A DNA stretch of 64,000 nucleotides from an uncultured delta proteobacterium. Lineage in GTDB: Bacteria; Desulfobacterota; Desulfomonilia; Desulfomonilales; Desulfomonilaceae. The position numbers were made by a program, and so were the translations under genes. Below are positions 41,911 through 51,920 of this stretch, one piece after another. The DNA is taken from contig CAWBKB010000006.1 of the NCBI GenBank assembly GCA_963789265.1, forward strand, positions 256,001 to 320,000, written 5' to 3'. Numbering within the stretch: the first letter of the stretch is position 1; every line of letters starts with the position of its first letter. Under the pieces are notes generated by a model, which worked only from the letters and a program-made list of their open reading frames with translations, did not search any database and was not told the DNA's origin.

Positions 41911-42888
41911 TTGCCGTTGACAGATGGAGGAGTCGTGTTTATCAAACCCAATGAGCATTCGTTTCTGACCGGTACCGAGCCCTTTTTTAAGATGGTCCCG
42001 CTGGACGCGACAAAGGCCAGGGTCGACGAAGAGTTGCTCTTTGAGCCTCATCACGAGGGATTTATAGGCATACCTCATGGGGGGTTGCCCATGGGATTGT
42101 GCCTGGATGCCTGGCGTCGAACCAGGGAGCCTTCATATCCTGTGCAGGTCAATTTCAGGTTCGGCGGCTCCGGAATTAAAATAGGGGATAAGGCCGTATT
42201 TACGGTCGAGCAGAATCCTGAAGACGAAAAGTCATGCTTCTCGGCACAAATAACTAAGAATGGTGACAAAACCCCGTATCTGAGGGCCGAGATTCGATCG
42301 GCTGCACTCGCCGGAAATCCTGGCGGCATTCCAGCGCCGCCTACCGAGGAGTTTCGCGGCCTCCCGTACTATAAAAACTGCTTTGTATGCGGCCATCACA
42401 GAACCATAACCGGTTTGCAACGAAGATTTAGACTTCACGAATCAGACGGCACCACGGTGATAACCACTCCATGGGGCCTTGATGCGACCGATGCGGAAAG
42501 GGCAGAGAATTTTCTCATAAAGAACGAAGAGCTGCACCCGGCGGTTCTGATCTCGATTTTTGACGAGAATACGGCGTGGGGCGGGTTCATGATGACTAGA
42601 GCCGTGGGACTATCGGTCCGGGTCGAATTTACGATCTTAAGGCCCGTATCCAGGCACGAGAAGTTGCTCTTCGTGAGCGAGCCCACGGGCATACGAGGCA
42701 ATCCTCGTAACCCTCGTTTCTTTCTTGCGAAAGGCACAATACTTTCCATGACGGATCCGGGACGTCCCGAACCCGTGGCTTACGGACGCGGTGAGTGGTT
42801 GATCGCGGATCAATATACTCAGCAGATTAAGCGGAACCTACTACCCGAAGACGACTGGAGTTGGATTTTCCCGGACAATGGAGACTGA
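41911..42888 (+). CDS. Tandem hotdog-fold (thioesterase-like) protein; start uncertain
   Basis: HEGFIGIPHGG and CFVCG...HPAVLISIFDE. Confidence 0.65.
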   Translation: MPLTDGGVVFIKPNEHSFLTGTEPFFKMVPLDATKARVDEELLFEPHHEGFIGIPHGGLPMGLCLDAWRRTREPSYPVQVNFRFGGSGIKIGDKAVFTVEQNPEDEKSCFSAQITKNGDKTPYLRAEIRSAALAGNPGGIPAPPTEEFRGLPYYKNCFVCGHHRTITGLQRRFRLHESDGTTVITTPWGLDATDAERAENFLIKNEELHPAVLISIFDENTAWGGFMMTRAVGLSVRVEFTILRPVSRHEKLLFVSEPTGIRGNPRNPRFFLAKGTILSMTDPGRPEPVAYGRGEWLIADQYTQQIKRNLLPEDDWSWIFPDNGD

Positions 42889-42999
42889 GGAAAAGAATAC
42901 AGTCTTGTTGAGCACGGCGGTGCAGCCTTGCCGAGAGACTGTGCACCGGCTTCATGCCCGGTAATTTGGGCAGTGGAAAAGCACCTTAGAGGTGAAAGA

Positions 43000-43731
43000 G
43001 TGTTCGAACACGTGATTGAAGGCGTTCGGTGGATACCGGGCAAGGACAAATTCCTTCCCGATTCCCACATGTATGTAATCGGGAAGCCCGATTCAGATGA
43101 TTTTTCCCTGGTGGATTGCGGACTGATGCAGATGGGCGCGTATAAGCTCGAAGCCTTGAAGAGTTGCGAAATTCCATTGGATAAGGTGAAGCGCGTCATC
43201 ATGACCCACACCCATCTGGATCATATCGGGTGCCTGCCCGAAATATTGGAGGCCATTCCCGAACTGGAAGTATGGGTTCACAAGGACGAAGCCGATCATC
43301 TGGAGCGCGGTGACGACCGAATAGTCTTTGGCAATCAAATGTTCGAGTCCATGATCCGTTCCCAGTACACGATCTCCAAGGACTTTTTCAAGATAAATGT
43401 TCACAGAAAGCTGAAAGGCGGCGAGGCCCTCGATTTAGGTGGGCTCACGTTCAACGTGATCCATCTACCGGGGCATTCAGCGGGAAGCATCGGCCTTTTC
43501 AATGAGGACCACAAGCTCTTGATGTCCGGTGACACGATCTATGCTGACGGAGCCATAGGCCGCTACGATCTGGTTTCCGCGAATACCGCGGAACTGAAAC
43601 GTTCCCTGGAGTTAATCGCCGATTTGGACGTGGACGTACTGCTGCCTTGCCATAACAGGATTGTCAGGAGTGGAGCCGGGCCCATGGTCAAGAATACTGT
43701 TCGTCAATGGACCCCTCTGCTGGGAGCATAA
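43000..43731 (+). CDS. Metallo-beta-lactamase fold hydrolase
   Basis: THTHLDHIG, PGHSAG, SGD and PCH. Confidence 0.88.
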   Translation: MFEHVIEGVRWIPGKDKFLPDSHMYVIGKPDSDDFSLVDCGLMQMGAYKLEALKSCEIPLDKVKRVIMTHTHLDHIGCLPEILEAIPELEVWVHKDEADHLERGDDRIVFGNQMFESMIRSQYTISKDFFKINVHRKLKGGEALDLGGLTFNVIHLPGHSAGSIGLFNEDHKLLMSGDTIYADGAIGRYDLVSANTAELKRSLELIADLDVDVLLPCHNRIVRSGAGPMVKNTVRQWTPLLGA

Positions 43732-43753
43732 TATACCTTATGAGGATTAAAGC

Positions 43754-45682
43754 ATGGGAAGGACAGTCGCGGAAAAAATTATCGAAGCCCATCTCGTAAA
43801 AGGAAAACTTGAGGCCGGTTCCGAAATAGCTATCAAAATTGACCACACTCTCACTCAAGACGCGACAGGGACCATGGCTTTCCTTGAATTTACGGCCATG
43901 GAGGTTCCCAGGGTTAAGACGGAAGTTTCAGTCAGCTACGTGGATCACAATCTTCTGCAATCCGATTTCAAGAATGCCGACGATCACCGTTTCCTGAGAA
44001 CTGCCGCTGCAAAGTATGGGGTGGTGTTCAGCAGACCCGGCAACGGAGTGTCCCATCAGGTGCATCTGGAGCGCTTCAGCGTGCCGGGTAAGACACTTTT
44101 GGGCGCGGACAGCCACACCACCACCAATGCCGGCAGTTCCATGCTGGCCATTGGGGCTGGGGGGTTGGACGTTGCCATGGCCATGGCCGGACATCCTTTT
44201 TACCTATCCATGCCCAAGATTGTCGGTGTGCGGCTCACCGGCTCCCTTCAACCGTGGGTGTCGGCAATGGATGTGATCCTTGAAATGTTGCGCAGGCTAA
44301 CGGTGAAGGGCGGCCTGGGCAAAATCTTCGAATACTTCGGGCCGGGCGTCGAGAACCTGTCCACAACCGACCGGGCCACCATAGGCAACATGGGCGCGGA
44401 GTTGGGCGCGACAACCAGCATGTTTCCTTCAGATAGGCGCACACGGGAATTCCTCGAAAGTCAGGGTCGCGGCCACGTCTGGACGGAGATCGTGGCGGAT
44501 CCGGATGCCAGGTACAGCGAAATTATCGAACTTGACCTTGACGGGCTCGAACCTTTGATCGCCTGTCCCAGTTCCCCGGGAAACGTGAAGAAGGTTTCAG
44601 AAGTGGAAGGCATCGAAGTGTCCCAGGTGATCATCGGTTCCTCGGTGAATTCATCTTTCCGAAACTTCATGGTAGTGGCCAAGGCGGTGGCGGGGCGGCA
44701 CTGCCACCCCGACTTGAGCTTTGATATCAATCCTGGCAGTAGTCAGGTCCTTCTGAACGTGGCAGAGGCAGGTGGGGTTGCCGACCTAATTTTGAGCGGA
44801 GCGCGTATTCACCAGTCCGGTTGCCTGGGCTGCATCGGTATGGGGCAGGCTCCCGCTACCGGAGCAGTCTCACTGAGAACTTTTCCGAGGAACTTCCCCG
44901 GCCGGAGCGGGACCTTTCCTGATGAGGTTTACCTCTGCTCGCCTCAGACGGCGGTTGCCGCGGCACTTCGGGGAAAAATCAGCGACCCGAGAGCCCTTGG
45001 AGACTATCCAAAGGTTTCCGAGCCGATCAAATACTCGCTTAATGATGAAAATCTCGTGCAACCCGCATCGGATCCCGCTGCGGTGGAAATCCTCATGGGG
45101 CCGAATATCAAGCCTTTCCCCAAGTTCGACAGACTGGAAGAGACCATCGAAGGCCCCATAGTCATCAAAGTGGGGAACAACATCAGCACGGATGAAATCA
45201 TGCCCGCGGGGAGCAAGGTCCTGCCCTTGCGGAGCAACGTAGAGGCCATCAGCGAATTTGTGTTCAACAACATTGATCCGGATTTTCCTCGCCGTGCCGG
45301 GGCCGCAAAGTTGGGTTTCGTGCTGGGGGGTGATAATTACGGTCAGGGCTCGTCAAGGGAGCACGCGGCCATCGCTCCGCGCTTCCTGGGCATCCGTGCC
45401 AAGCTGGCCAAGAGCTTTGCAAGGATTCACAAGGCCAACCTCATCAACTTCGGAATACTCCCGCTGACATTTGCCGAGCCGAACGACTACGAAACGCTTT
45501 CCGCGGACGATGTAATCCGCCTCGACGGAGTACGAACCGCTGTAGAGCAGGGGAAAGAGGAGTTGATTGCGGAAGTGGCGCAGTCCCAAAGAAAGATTAT
45601 TTTGAGGCTGAACGTGACTGAACGTGAGAGAAAGATTTTGGTTGCAGGCGGGCTGATAAACCTGGCCGGACGAGGTCGTTGA
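43754..45682 (+). CDS. Aconitate hydratase
   Basis: QDATG, DHN, GADSHT, CLGCIG, RNFPGR and NYGQGSSREHA. Confidence 0.93.
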   Translation: MGRTVAEKIIEAHLVKGKLEAGSEIAIKIDHTLTQDATGTMAFLEFTAMEVPRVKTEVSVSYVDHNLLQSDFKNADDHRFLRTAAAKYGVVFSRPGNGVSHQVHLERFSVPGKTLLGADSHTTTNAGSSMLAIGAGGLDVAMAMAGHPFYLSMPKIVGVRLTGSLQPWVSAMDVILEMLRRLTVKGGLGKIFEYFGPGVENLSTTDRATIGNMGAELGATTSMFPSDRRTREFLESQGRGHVWTEIVADPDARYSEIIELDLDGLEPLIACPSSPGNVKKVSEVEGIEVSQVIIGSSVNSSFRNFMVVAKAVAGRHCHPDLSFDINPGSSQVLLNVAEAGGVADLILSGARIHQSGCLGCIGMGQAPATGAVSLRTFPRNFPGRSGTFPDEVYLCSPQTAVAAALRGKISDPRALGDYPKVSEPIKYSLNDENLVQPASDPAAVEILMGPNIKPFPKFDRLEETIEGPIVIKVGNNISTDEIMPAGSKVLPLRSNVEAISEFVFNNIDPDFPRRAGAAKLGFVLGGDNYGQGSSREHAAIAPRFLGIRAKLAKSFARIHKANLINFGILPLTFAEPNDYETLSADDVIRLDGVRTAVEQGKEELIAEVAQSQRKIILRLNVTERERKILVAGGLINLAGRGR

Positions 45683-45764
45683 AGAGCGACTAGTAGTGAC
45701 TCTTGCCTTCAAGGAAGTGACACTGTGTTTTTAGAGGACAATCTCGCCCTGGAGCGACCTCCGG

Positions 45765-45995
45765 TCGTCATCCCCGCGAACACGGGCATACATTGTAGGG
45801 GCACCTCTCGTGGGTGCCCCCAAAAGGGCTGGCACAAGCCCCATTTGACCTATACACACCCGCACAACTGAGGTCGCCACGTCGAGACGCGGGCCTCGGG
45901 ATTCTCGTGTGCGTGCGAATGACACCCAACCACAGATTGCGCAGATGACGTAGATAATGAATCTGGATTCCCGCGCACGTTGGAATGACGTCGGG
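45765..45995. repeat. Mosaic of REP-like palindromes between convergent genes
   Basis: GTCATCCCCGCG.., GTAGGGGCACC..GGTGCCCC and GGATTCCCGCG..GGAATGAC modules. Confidence 0.65.
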
Positions 45996-46113
45996 CTGAT
46001 GCCCCTTGCGTCGGAAAGATGCGTCCCAGCATCCCTCGAGGGCGAATGTCCCCCTTCTTCATGATGGATCAGCGTAAATGCGTACGAGGGGGAGGCCGGT
46101 CCGCGCCGTCCTT

Positions 46114-46617
46114 CTACGAGGGTTGACGGGTGGGACCTTTCTCCATTTTCTGCCTGACAAAAATCTCATCAGCGTCTTGTTTCTTGAGAGGGACGAGATT
46201 TTTTCCGTGGTGGAAGAGCAGATGCTTAGGATCGGTCTCCTTCACAATAATTCGTACCACCGGCCCTGAATCCCAGTACAACGTCAGAAGCGGCGGCGCA
46301 TACGAGAAGCCACCGGCCCCCGCAGCGATCCATTTCTGCGCTTCATCTCCCCGATAGGTCGAGCTGAAGGTCCCGTTATTGCTAAACTTCAGTTTCATGA
46401 GACGGCTGGTCGCGGGCACGTCCTGACCTTTAATGACGCGTGAAGTCAGAACCCATGTACCTGCCAGACGGGACGTGTCAGCCGTCTTTTCGGTGGATCC
46501 TGTTCGACTGCTGCAGGATACGAGGAGACAACTAAAGAGGAGTAGGCCCAGGATTGGCGTGTAACAGTGGAAGAAGCGCGGCCTAATGTTTTGCGCAAAA
46601 CGGTAGAGTGTCAACAT
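46114..46617 (-). CDS. Hypothetical lipoprotein (lipocalin-like GTW motif)
   Basis: LLVSC lipobox. LAGTWVL...FSNNGTF. Confidence 0.65.
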   Translation of the reverse strand: MLTLYRFAQNIRPRFFHCYTPILGLLLFSCLLVSCSSRTGSTEKTADTSRLAGTWVLTSRVIKGQDVPATSRLMKLKFSNNGTFSSTYRGDEAQKWIAAGAGGFSYAPPLLTLYWDSGPVVRIIVKETDPKHLLFHHGKNLVPLKKQDADEIFVRQKMEKGPTRQPS

Positions 46618-46717
46618 TTTACCCTGTAAATGGACAAGGCGATAGTGCCCCGAAGGCTCATCGCCTTGTCCATTCAACTCTGCGAACTGAACGCGCGGTC
46701 GCTAATCGACCAGAATA

Positions 46718-47128
46718 TTAGTACCAGCCGCTGGATGAGCTGCTCGCCGGCCAGTAACCACCGCTGCTGCTTGAAGAAGAAGCATAGTAGTTATAGCCGC
46801 CGCTGCTACTGCTGCTGGAACAGCCGTAGTAATTGTAACCACCGCTGCTACTGCTGCTGCTCGAAGCGGGCGCGCAGCAAGTCCGGACACAGCAACAACC
46901 GCTGCTGCTGGACGAGCACGCCGGCCAATAACCGCTGCTGGATGAACTTGCCGGATAGTAACCACTGCTGCTGGATGAACTTGCCGGATAGTAGCCGCTG
47001 CTGGATGAACAACAGCCATTGGCTCCACCCCACGAAGCATAGGGGGCCCAAGCATAGAAGCCTATAGCGTATGTTGCAAACAACATAACCATACCGACAA
47101 CTGCAAGCGCTACTGCAAATCTTTTCAT
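46718..47128 (-). CDS. Secreted Ser/Gly/Tyr/Cys low-complexity repeat protein
   Basis: RBS GAGGAGG, Sec signal peptide, eight poly-Ser tracts with aromatic motifs, and synonymous codon variation between repeats. Confidence 0.8.
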   Translation of the reverse strand: MKRFAVALAVVGMVMLFATYAIGFYAWAPYASWGGANGCCSSSSGYYPASSSSSSGYYPASSSSSGYWPACSSSSSGCCCVRTCCAPASSSSSSSGGYNYYGCSSSSSSGGYNYYASSSSSSGGYWPASSSSSGWY

Positions 47129-47386
47129 CGAAACAAATACCTCCTCATGGAATAAAAGTCTCATTCTTCTGCTCTCGGCATCGAGAACAGTTTTTCCCTC
47201 TTGAAATAGTGAGACAAGCTATAACCTAATCGCTATCACGGACAGAAGCCTTTGTCAATCTTTATTTGTTTTGCCGACTCCTGTTGTCCCACTCATTCCG
47301 GACCGCAAGCCCGAAATGCCCCTTGACTCACCTCGGCTGTCTGTTAGGATTCCCTTAAATTCGATCCTTGTCAAGGAATTTTTCAA

Positions 47387-49497
47387 ATGGCACAAAATTG
47401 CAGGCCCGCAAACACATCGGCGACAATAGGGCATTCCCCGGCTACCATGCCTGAACTTTCCCGGACATGCTGGCTAAAAACTACTTTTGTAACAACGATA
47501 TGCGCGATTGTCATTATTATGTTTATGCTGAAAATATCCCTACTCTCTGTTATGGCAGGAGAAAACAATATAAATGACGAGAGTCCGGCGAGCCCGCAGG
47601 GAGGGCCTCAGAGAGTGACTGAACTACACACCGCCGGCTCGGAAGTCGACCGCCTTCTCGACAACTTCAAACCTGCAACCGCGCCGGCAGCGGAGCCTCG
47701 GGACGCGTCCCCGCGACGGAACCGGATCGTTATTTGAAAACAAGATACGCACAGTTGGAGAGTTGTTGGCGGCACGCGACATCGACAAGGCCAGAGAGAT
47801 CGTGAGGCAAACGATTTATGACTGTGAATCGGGGGAAGGAAACCCCCGCGACTGCTCCCAGTGGTTGGAATTTCTGCGAGGCCTCAACTCGATCCTTGCC
47901 AAGCCGGTCAAACAGAAGATGGTCAAGAATTCCTTGGGCATGGCCCTAGTCCGCATACCGGCAGGGGAATATATGATGGGTAGCCTCAAGCGGGAAATGG
48001 ATTGGCTGAGGTTGACCTTCAAGAAGACCTGGAGAGAGGGGCACAAGCAGTGGTTTCAGGACGAACTCCCCCTCCATCCTGTGCGAATCACTCGGCCCTT
48101 CTATATGGGCGCCACCGATGTCACAGTAGGACAGTTTCGGCAGTTCGTCAAAGACACGAACTACAAGACCGAGGCCGAAAAGGGCGATGGTGGAATGATA
48201 TACAGCACGAAGGAAGAGCGTTGGGTGGCTAGGAAGTCCATGAAATGGGACTCGGTGCCCTGGCCCATCGGGGACGATCAGCCGGTTGTCTTTGTTTCAT
48301 GGAATGACGCTCAGGCTTTTTGCCGCTGGTTGAGCCGTAAAGAAAACCGGACCTATCGTCTGCCTACCGAGGCGGAATGGGAGATGGCATGCCGAGGCGG
48401 TTCGGTTCTGGACGCGTTATCCTTGGGGGGATCGCCTACCCGGGGACCGAGACTCTAATTTCGGAGACGGCAACTCGAAATTGCCTGAAAGCATGACCAC
48501 CGTAAACGACGGTTACAAATACGTTTCACCGGTTCGAGCCTTTCCTCCAAATGGATACGGCCTTTACGACATGGCTGGAAATGTAATGCAATGGGTCCAG
48601 GACTGGTACGAGAGAAACTACTATGAAAATTCGCCGCTGGAAGACCCGAAGGGACCCGGCACGGGCACCGGCAGAGTTAACAAAGGAGGGAACTGGTATT
48701 CCAGCCCGGCCGATTGCAGGTGCGCATTCCGCGGCTTTTCCGGTCCGAGCATGAGCTTCTGGAATTTGGGCTTTCGAGTGGTGATGGAGGCGCCTAAACC
48801 GGAACAGGGAATTTTGGCGTCCAAAGCAAGACGTTCAGGGGAATCGAAGGTCAAAGAGTCTTCTGATAGCATGTTTCCTCCAAGTGATGAGGATGGGGTG
48901 CGTCTGTTTCGCCAAGCCATGTTCGCTGCTGAGCAACAACAGTGGGATCAGGCGACCGAGGATCTCGAAAAGGCGTTAAAAGTCTATGAGAAACGGGAAG
49001 ATCTCAAGTGGATAGCCAGAGTGAAAGCCACATTAGCCGGCATTTATGCTGAACGGAACAGAAAATATAAAAGCAAAGAACTCTATATCCAGGCCCTTGC
49101 GGAGTTCCGAAAAATGGGGGACTCCGCCAACTCCCGTATCATCCTTGCGCGTCTGGAGGATCTCGAAACATCACCTGGAGTGAAAGTGGTCCAGGTAAAA
49201 AAGGGGGGAATCGCCGCTAAAGCAGGGATTGTACCCGGAGACATCATAATTGAGTATGGTGGGGAAACCGGCTTTCGAGTCATAGGGTTCAAGAAACTCG
49301 TCGATGAGTACTCACGGTCTGGCCAGGTAACGCTGAGCGTCATGAATAATGGTGAGATTACCACCACGGTGGTCTCAGGCGGTCCTTTAGGAGTAGCCCT
49401 TGAAGATATCAAGCGGCCCCCGCGTCCGGCACGACCTGCCGAGGAGGCACGACCTCGTGGTAGGCGGAGACCCAGGCCGGCAAGAGCAAGACGCTGA
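47387..49497 (+). CDS. FGE-sulfatase (SUMF1) domain protein with TPR and PDZ domains, two +1 frameshifts
   Basis: YMMGS, PVVFVSWNDA, RLPTEAEWE..CRGG | YPWG, NGYGLYDMAGNV, LGFRVV, a TPR helix pair and PDZ AAKAGIVPGDII. Confidence 0.82.
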
Positions 49498-49600
49498 ACT
49501 CGCCTCGCTGCGGCAGCCATCGGCGGATTTTCAGGCTCTCTTTTCGCAGGGAGTTATACCAATTCGCGTTCAAAGTTAGAACGAAATCCCCTCTAACCCC

Positions 49601-49787
49601 CGTAGTCGTTAAAATAGAGTTGGCTGCTTGGTCTTGAGCACTTCAGACGACTGACAGGTCTTCAAAGTCCCCCTTTTGTAAAGGGGGATTTAAGGGGATT
49701 TTCAATTAGTTATCCCAAAATCCCCCCTGCCCCCCTTTAAGAAAGGGGGGAAAATCCTCGGCCCGCGGAGCTACTTTAACGCCTATG
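49601..49787. mobile_element. CATAGGCG-type MITE variant nested in a degenerate TACC-type element
   Basis: TIR CGTAGTCGTTAAAATAG / CTACTTTAACGCCTATG. TSD CCTCTAACCCC/CCTCTAACTCC. Interior similar to 17278-17466. Confidence 0.75.
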
Positions 49788-49886
49788 CCTCTAACTCCCC
49801 TTTAAGAAAGGAGGGAAGGGCGGATTTTGAATGCGAATTCCCACAAAGCTTGCCCGAAGCAAAACCGGAATTCGAGATCTTCAATC

Positions 49887-51335
49887 TTATGAGCCTACGG
49901 CGCCTCGAATCTTTTGTATCAGTTGGCTGGTCGATATCCCGTCGATGTGTTTGACGAATTCCACCCTTCCTCCTCTTGCTTTCACGATAGCTTCGCCGAC
50001 CACCTCCTTGCCTCTCCAGTCTTCACCTTTAACCAGGATGTCGGGACGCAGCTCCTTGATGAGATTTTCGGGGGTATCTTCTTCGAAGACCACGACAAAG
50101 TCCACGAAGCTCAGGGCCGAAACCAGTTCCACTCGATCGGCTTGAGCAATGATGGGGCGGCCGGGTCCCTTGATGCGAGAGACCGATCGGTCGGAATTGA
50201 TGCCGACCACCATGATATCTCCCATAGCGGAAGCCTTGCGCAGGATTTCAAGATGTCCCGCGTGAAACAGGTCAAAGCATCCATTCGTGAAGACAATCTT
50301 GTGCCCCTGAATTCTGTGGTTGCCGAGTTCCGCGGCGATATCTAGCAAAGCAACCACCTTGGTGCTCGAAGGCTTCTGTCTGAGAGCGTCGATCATCTCC
50401 TCAAGACTCGCGGAAGCAGCCCCAAAACGGGCCACCACGATGGACGCGGCTAGGTTGGCCAGATTGATAGCCTCCTCAATGGACAGGCCGTTTGCCACTG
50501 CCAGCCCGAGCGCTGAAATCACAGTGTCACCTGCGCCGGTAACATCCACGATTTCCACCGGTTTCACGGGAAAATCCTGTGCCTTATGCCCGGTAACGAG
50601 CGTAATTCCGTCTCTTCCCCGCGTAATAATTAGGGCTTCCGCTTCCGTCTGGTCCAGAAGGATGCGGGCTGCCTCCACAAGCGTTTCCTTATTTCTGATT
50701 TCGATTCCTGAGGCCAGAGAGGCTTCCCGCAGATTGGGGGTAATATAAGTCGCCCCACGGTACTTCCTGAAATCCATCCCCTTGGGATCCACCAAACTGG
50801 GGATCCTGTTTGAGCGGGCTGACTCCAACAGAGCCTGGAGGAGGTTTGGGGTGAGAAAACCTTTGCCGTAATCGGAAATGATGGCTGCCTTGACCTGAGG
50901 CATGACCGATTTGACCTCCTCAAGAACCACCCGTTCTATTTCAGCGGGGATCTCGGCAATTCTTTCTTCGTCAATGCGCACAATCTGTTGGTTTCTGGCG
51001 ACCACGCGAGTCTTTATGGTAGTTGGGCGAGAAGGATCGTCTTTCAACCAGAAACTCTCTACAGCCATCTCTTCGCAATTCTTTTTGAACCAACTCCCGG
51101 GGTTGTCCTTACCCACCGTCGCGAACAGTGCCACAGTGCCCCCCATGGTAACTAGGTTCTTAACAACGTTCCCCGCGCCTCCCAGTCTGCGGAGTCGGTC
51201 ACGGGCCACCACTACAGGCACCGGTGATTCAGGGGATATGCGCTCGACTTCGCCGACGACGTATTCGTCAACCATCACATCGCCGGCTACCAGAATAGGT
51301 GCCGGTTTCAATGATCTAAGCAGGTTTTCGTTCAC
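49887..51335 (-). CDS. hldE: Bifunctional heptose 7-phosphate kinase / heptose 1-phosphate adenylyltransferase
   Basis: RISPESPVP, GGAGNV, DVTGAGD and FTNGCFDLFHAGH. Confidence 0.95.
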   Translation of the reverse strand: MNENLLRSLKPAPILVAGDVMVDEYVVGEVERISPESPVPVVVARDRLRRLGGAGNVVKNLVTMGGTVALFATVGKDNPGSWFKKNCEEMAVESFWLKDDPSRPTTIKTRVVARNQQIVRIDEERIAEIPAEIERVVLEEVKSVMPQVKAAIISDYGKGFLTPNLLQALLESARSNRIPSLVDPKGMDFRKYRGATYITPNLREASLASGIEIRNKETLVEAARILLDQTEAEALIITRGRDGITLVTGHKAQDFPVKPVEIVDVTGAGDTVISALGLAVANGLSIEEAINLANLAASIVVARFGAASASLEEMIDALRQKPSSTKVVALLDIAAELGNHRIQGHKIVFTNGCFDLFHAGHLEILRKASAMGDIMVVGINSDRSVSRIKGPGRPIIAQADRVELVSALSFVDFVVVFEEDTPENLIKELRPDILVKGEDWRGKEVVGEAIVKARGGRVEFVKHIDGISTSQLIQKIRGAVGS

Positions 51336-51920
51336 TTGAGATCCTCCGGAATTCAAATGGCCGCGCCGCGGTTTTATCCGCCTTTTGCGTTCTCCTTAGA
51401 AGCGGACGGAGAACGAAGAGAACCTCTTCTCAAAAGGCCCTATCACTTCATAGCCTGTGCTAAAGGGGTTTTGCAACAGCTCGATGAACTTTTCGGCCCG
51501 CGCATACTATAAATTACATGCACAAATATTGACAACATCAAGTTTATAATTGCTTTTTATGCACTTTCTTGTTAGACGAATGGCCGGGAAGGAACATAGT
51601 AGGTACAACAATGCACGACCTCTCGTTTAGATCTCATCTATCAGCTTCCAATCGTGCCGAACAAAGCCCGGGCCGGTCACTTGATCGAATCAATGTGCCG
51701 GCCCGGCTCCACTTACCTGCGAGCCTTTTAGAGTCTTGCTCGGGACTCAGGTACCAGCAGCCGTCTTTGCAATGGGCTACTCGAGGAATCATGTACCTTT
51801 TCAAAGCGCCCTCCTTTCCGTTTGAGGAAACATGTTGATTGATACACCTATCTGTACTTAGTCAACGTCCGCTCATCTTGTCAAGGTCGCGGCCATCCGC
51901 CGGAACGGAACGAAGAGAAC

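Noticed and set aside
46720..47010. Repeats as a CRISPR array or microsatellite
   Set aside because: Units are in-frame and vary synonymously. There is no constant repeat with unique spacers and no cas genes.
48670..48785. FGE C-terminal region as a DGR variable repeat
   Set aside because: No template repeat or reverse transcriptase in the window, and the domain is not C-terminal.
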